From: Octopus bimaculoides
Taxonomy: Eukaryota
Reading direction: 5' to 3'
Assembly: GCF_001194135.2 (NCBI RefSeq)
Contig: NC_068992.1
Span: forward strand, 9,816,647 to 9,880,646
DNA: 64,000 bases
Position 1 is the stretch's first letter; each line of letters starts with the position of its first letter. The notes below the pieces were generated by a model, which had not been told where the DNA came from, ran no database searches, and worked only from the letters and a program-made list of their open reading frames with translations. A program made the position numbers and the translations under genes. Below, in pieces: positions 60,601-64,000 of the stretch.

Positions 60601-63556
60601 ATAAAATGGCAAATGTGATGTGAGGGCAACAATCATTTCTGAAGACAGTGTTCATAGAGATTACAAAAACAGAAATAAACTCTGAGCTGTTACGGTTCAT
60701 TATTATTCCCATTTTCATGGTGGTGAGCAGTTAGAAATGTTAGCACACTGGACAAAATTCTGCTAAGCATTTTGACTGTCTTTAAGTTCGGAGTTCAAAT
60801 TTTGTTGAGGTCAACTTAACCTCTCAGGGTTGATAAAAAAAAGTACCAGTCAAGGACTGGGGTTGATGCAATTCACTATTCCCTTCCCCCAACATTTCAG
60901 GCATTGTGCCTATAGTAATAAGGACTTATTTACATTTTTCTTATTGGAAAAATGTTGAATATTATATCAAAATTTAAATATCTACTGTCACTGTGGAAAA
61001 AAATTATATGTCTGTATGTTATTTGTAATATTAAACAGTGACTTAAGGAGAAAGATGTGTAACTCGGTTTTCAATTAACTAAGAAATTGCAGGTATGGCT
61101 CAAAGCAATAAGGCATTACATGGTGAAGTAAGAAGTCAGCAGTTGTACTGACTGCGGTCAAAATAATTTAATCATCATCACTAATCCTTGGATTGGCTGG
61201 TTCAACAGGATCCAGCAGGCTGGAGGACTATGCTGTGCTCCAACCAGTGCTTTGGCATGATTTTTTACAGCTGGATGCCCTTAGTATTTTCATGTCACTA
61301 GCACTAATAAAGTTGCCATCCAACTCACGACCCTTTAAATTGGATGGGAGATAATTCAATGCTAGGTGTTGAGATATTAAAGTATGTAGCAAGCAGTGGA
61401 GATCACTGTAAAATTGACAAGCGATTTGTTGTCTTGCAGGGCAGAGTTCATCAACAACTCCCAGAGACAAAAAAAAAAAAAAAGGTACCTAAAATAAAGA
61501 TGTGACCTATCCACAGAATCCAAAAGTTAAGTTGTTGCAAAGAAGATCAACGTGAGCCATGAAGAACAGGCATTGTTTGATGAAGTTGAGTAATGAACTC
61601 TAACTAAAAAGTGCAATGCAAGATTTTGAAGTCTTTTAGAGTCCCATATATCTGAACCACGCAAACACTTCGTTACCTAATTAAATTTTTATGCTTATAG
61701 ATCTCACTTCATTCTTTTCGTATCAATTTTGACCAATCAAAATACACAATGTAGAAAGCAAAAATTAAGTTTAAAATATTTCCAAGATAATGAAATGAAA
61801 ATAAGTAATCAAAAAATATTTTACTTATTTTTCTGAATTTCAAAAAAATATAACAAAAACGTTTCAAAACTACCTTTTATGACTGTCATCAAAGTCTATG
61901 AGTTGTGGCTCATCCTTTGTGTCTTCCACCTGTGAAGCAGAAATGAAATAGGACTGTTTTACCATTATTCAGGTTTGATTCTTAAAAGGCTTAATACTGT
62001 TGGTAAGTCAGACAAGTCTACAATACGGTATACATATCACGGTACATATCGACGTTGTGGTATATATCATTTCTATCAGGCAAAAATAACATTTTAGTAA
62101 AGAGAGCAGAGAGGCAAAATAAATTCTTTAGAGAATTTCTTCTTGTTTCTCAGTCGATTTTGGCCTTTAAATTTAGTTCACCAGTAAAGCAAACTGGAGT
62201 AAGTATCGTTATGTACTTTATCCAGTGGGGTAGGTAGAGAAATAGAATGGCTGGAGGTAGGCAGAGTAAGATTTAAACTCATGTCTCTGTGTTCAAGAAA
62301 AGATTTGAAAAAGTGCATTATTAGCTGAAGGCACTTTCTCAGTGAATTTAGAATAAAATGGTAAAAACACAGAACAAGAAGTTATAAGTCAGGGTGGTTA
62401 TGTACCAGGGAACAAATTTCAAACACTTGATGGCAGATTCAACAGGTATAGGCATGCCTGTATGATAAAAGAAGTGTGCTTCCCAACCATGTGGTCTTGG
62501 GTTCAATCCTACTGTGCAGCACCTTGAGCAAGTGTCTTCTCCCATATCTCAGGGTCAACCAATGCCTTCAAAGGGAATTTGATAGACAGAAACTGTATGA
62601 AGCCTGTCATGTGTGTGTGAATGTTCACATTATTCAATCATTGAGCTATAGCAACAGTTGTCTGCTGTCCATGCCAACACATTGCCTGGTAGCTCTGCAT
62701 ATTTGAAAATGAGGAATGGAAATTCTCTTCCTTGAAAAATAGTTAAGGGGTAATGAAAGCAAAGGTATCTGACTGTAAAACAATAAGCATTCATTTAAAA
62801 TGCTGAAATGGGAAAAGAGAAGTAATTCAAATAAATGAGCAACCCAAATGAACACGGAAACAACATAACATTGTTACCTTTTCAGTACATTCATCAAAAA
62901 AAGCTAAGCTGACATCCTTATCAGATACAAAGGAACGTTCCTCAATAAATCGGATGAAAGTTTGTGTTTTAATTAGCAAGGAGAAGAACTTCAAGTATGC
63001 TTTGTCACGACTCTTCAAAAATCCTGCAAAGGAGAATGAAAATGGTTATTTAGGAACATTCTTTGTTAGAGATAATAATAAAGTAATCATTTAGATCAAA
63101 TTAAAAGTTATTTGTCTGAGCATAAAATTGTTATTGCAGAACAGATCCATATCCTGGATATAACCAACTGAATATTTGGGGAGAGCAAACAGGTCTTGCA
63201 ATCAAGGTTATCCTTGGTTATCGGTAATGTTGTATACACTTATTTATGCAGAGTTTGGTAGTGTGATTTTAATAGCAACAGCCAAGGAATATTGCAATGT
63301 TGCATCTCTTTTAATAAACAACATAAATGAGCAAGGACTCAAGTAGTGCAAGAGAGCATCAAATCTTTTGGAACTGGTTGACAATTCAGCAAAGTAGTAA
63401 TGAGAGATAATTACCTTGCATATCAAACAACGAAGCGGCTTTCGTAGTGCTGGCTGTAGGCTCCCACATTATTGGTTGCAGAAAATTCTTGTAGCCTTTC
63501 ATCAAGCAAGCCATAAAACGTAAAAAGGCCTCTTGTATTTGAAGTTCTATCATTGT
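40543..63556 (-). CDS. DENND4: DENN domain-containing protein 4 (Crag-like Rab GEF), 3' 20 coding exons (1435 aa); 5' part lies outside the window
   Basis: Exons 63415-63556, 62878-63023, 61874-61929, 60155-60217, 57711-57852, 56449-56634, 55776-55904, 55143-55473, 53638-53835, 51529-51678, 49424-50587, 47879-48128, 47686-47737, 46484-47058, 45109-45259, 44536-44616, 43764-43887, 42734-42791, 41402-41574, 40543-40679. All phases are consistent. dDENN motifs [12 protein letters not shown] and [16 protein letters not shown]; PPR-like [37 protein letters not shown]; [22 protein letters not shown]; [12 protein letters not shown]; [14 protein letters not shown]. Confidence 0.93.
41402..41574 (-). 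CDS. DENND4: DENND4 exon
   Basis: [22 protein letters not shown]...[16 protein letters not shown]. Confidence 0.9.
42734..42791 (-). CDS. DENND4: DENND4 exon
   Basis: [19 protein letters not shown](P). Confidence 0.82.
43764..43887 (-). CDS. DENND4: DENND4 exon
   Basis: LDEPVNNG...VSVHTMWDN...PMYMAWRA. Confidence 0.88.
44065..44174. other. Assembly gap (N run) next to (TA)n
   Basis: N characters. Confidence 1.
44536..44616 (-). CDS. DENND4: DENND4 exon
   Basis: [27 protein letters not shown]. Confidence 0.9.
45109..45259 (-). CDS. DENND4: DENND4 exon
   Basis: [31 protein letters not shown]...HPIIFWNL. Confidence 0.93.
45362..46015 (-). mobile_element. Full-length SINE family A copy spanning a gap (N 45545-45826)
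   Basis: Head at 45865-46015 is near-identical to 19659-19815; tail at 45362-45544 matches 31005-31150. Confidence 0.85.
46484..47058 (-). CDS. DENND4: DENND4 low-complexity exon (575 nt)
   Basis: [12 protein letters not shown]...HNNNNNNKH...RYRSTSECL...KRDFIS; open frame, phase 0/2. Confidence 0.82.
47686..47737 (-). CDS. DENND4: DENND4 exon
   Basis: (S)[17 protein letters not shown]. Confidence 0.88.
47879..48128 (-). CDS. DENND4: DENND4 exon
   Basis: ...[36 protein letters not shown]. Confidence 0.92.
49424..50587 (-). CDS. DENND4: DENND4 large Ser-rich exon (1164 nt)
   Basis: [11 protein letters not shown]...RKRHKSAGD...ENDPLGLFD...RRQSSH; open frame, phase 1/1. Confidence 0.9.
50713..51081 (+). 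mobile_element. Non-autonomous Helentron/HINE-like element
   Basis: Begins ACAAGAGCACTCAGAGAG.GCAAACCTCCACCAAGG and ends ...CCTTCGCTAAACCAGAGGTAATAA, resembling the CCTCCGCCAAGG/GGAGGTAATAA sub-terminal inverted motif of this class. Confidence 0.45.
51529..51678 (-). CDS. DENND4: DENND4 exon
   Basis: ALANSNSS...[15 protein letters not shown]...; phase 1/1. Confidence 0.82.
52593..52776. mobile_element. piggyBac-type MITE
   Basis: CCCTTTATCATT ... AACGCTAAAGGG|TTAA; same family as 12486-12688. Confidence 0.7.
53638..53835 (-). CDS. DENND4: DENND4 exon
   Basis: [15 protein letters not shown]...EELS. Confidence 0.85.
54715..55085 (+). mobile_element. Full-length SINE family A copy
   Basis: Head GGTTCAGTTCCACTGCGTGGCAC... 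and tail ...CCCCAGCATAGCTGTAGTCAAACGACTGAAAC. Confidence 0.8.
55143..55473 (-). CDS. DENND4: DENND4 exon
   Basis: AVLESKWPS...[16 protein letters not shown]...[10 protein letters not shown]. Confidence 0.9.
55776..55904 (-). CDS. DENND4: DENND4 exon (PPR-like)
   Basis: [43 protein letters not shown]. Confidence 0.93.
56449..56634 (-). CDS. DENND4: DENND4 exon
   Basis: [32 protein letters not shown]...PDE. Confidence 0.92.
57711..57852 (-). CDS. DENND4: DENND4 exon
   Basis: [12 protein letters not shown]...[19 protein letters not shown]. Confidence 0.9.
58431..58779. other. Assembly gap (N run)
   Basis: N characters. Confidence 1.
58840..59060. promoter_or_regulatory. Promoter-like motif cluster inside a DENND4 intron
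   Basis: TCACGTGA x2 (58844, 58932), ATTGG (58869), TGGCGGGAAA (58887), TGGCGGGA (59029), ACTACAGTCC (59046); CpG-rich relative to its surroundings. Confidence 0.45.
60155..60217 (-). CDS. DENND4: DENND4 exon
   Basis: [20 protein letters not shown](S). Confidence 0.88.
60720..60925 (+). mobile_element. SINE family B copy
   Basis: GTGAGCAGTTAGAAATGTTAGCAC...GAGTTCAAAT...GTACCAGTCAAGGACTGGGGTTGATG. Confidence 0.65.
61874..61929 (-). CDS. DENND4: DENND4 exon
   Basis: [18 protein letters not shown](S). Confidence 0.85.
62450..62612 (+). mobile_element. SINE family A head
   Basis: GGTTCAATCCTACTGTGCAGCACCTTGAGCAAGTGTCTTC. Confidence 0.75.
62878..63023 (-). CDS. DENND4: DENND4 exon (dDENN)
   Basis: [49 protein letters not shown]. 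Confidence 0.93.
63415..63556 (-). CDS. DENND4: DENND4 exon (dDENN)
   Basis: [28 protein letters not shown]...SLFDMQ. Confidence 0.9.
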
Positions 63557-64000
63557 CTAAAACATAAAATGTCAAGAGTAAATAAAATCTGGTTTAGAAA
63601 TTAACAATAATCCACTGATATACTGCATTGTTTAAAACATGTAGTTAAGATTAAAAACTCATTTAAATACGTTTAGTATTTTTTTGTTTCTTGTTTGAAA
63701 ACAAAGCCCTTCTCTGTCACCAATTCAAACAGATGATATCTCATGAGCTACTAATAATGGTGATTAAAATACAGTAAAGCATGCAAAATAAAGAAAATAT
63801 TTATAAAAGAATCTACTTTGGATGGGATGAGTTCTCTCTAAGAATATACATTCAATCTTGATGGAAAATAATCTTGGAGTTGCATGACTGATACCAGAAG
63901 TATCACAACTCCAACTTGGTTCACATGATTTATAATCTGTTAATAAAAATTAGTCAGTAACTATGTGACAATATTTGCATAATCCACCATTGTTCATTTA

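Noticed and set aside
63840-63937. Possible further DENND4 exon (YKSCEPSWSCDTSG...) near the window end
   Set aside because: A good acceptor is present, but I found no convincing phase-0 donor or recognisable homology; it cannot be supported without upstream sequence.

Overview
AT-rich, intron-rich animal genomic DNA with six assembly gaps. The SINE/MITE families and microsatellites look like those of an octopod (Octopus) genome; this is inferred from repeat recognition, not a database hit. Three protein-coding genes can be reconstructed by hand with GT-AG splice sites and consistent phases. (1) DCST1 (sneaky/SPE-42 family sperm-egg fusion factor), a single-exon 682-aa ORF at 3325-5373 (+), with an RFX X-box promoter module about 660 bp upstream. 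(2) Mitochondrial aldehyde dehydrogenase ALDH2, 14 coding exons, 521 aa, 27141->8940 (-). (3) The 3' 20 coding exons (1435 aa) of a DENND4/Crag Rab GEF, >63556->40543 (-), whose 5' end lies beyond the window. The rest is dense with transposon relics: tRNA-SINEs, RTE fragments, Penelope, mariner, Helitron, hAT and piggyBac-type MITEs. The most notable unexplained structures are a complete minimal type-I hammerhead ribozyme core at 110-153 near a Penelope GIY-YIG relic, a GG-ended TIR element with an 8-bp TSD (Merlin/MULE-like) in ALDH2 intron 1, two related hairpins flanking ALDH2 exon 1, a ~465-bp imperfect foldback downstream of the DENND4 stop, head-to-tail SINE trains, and an E2F/E-box/CCAAT promoter-like island inside a DENND4 intron.
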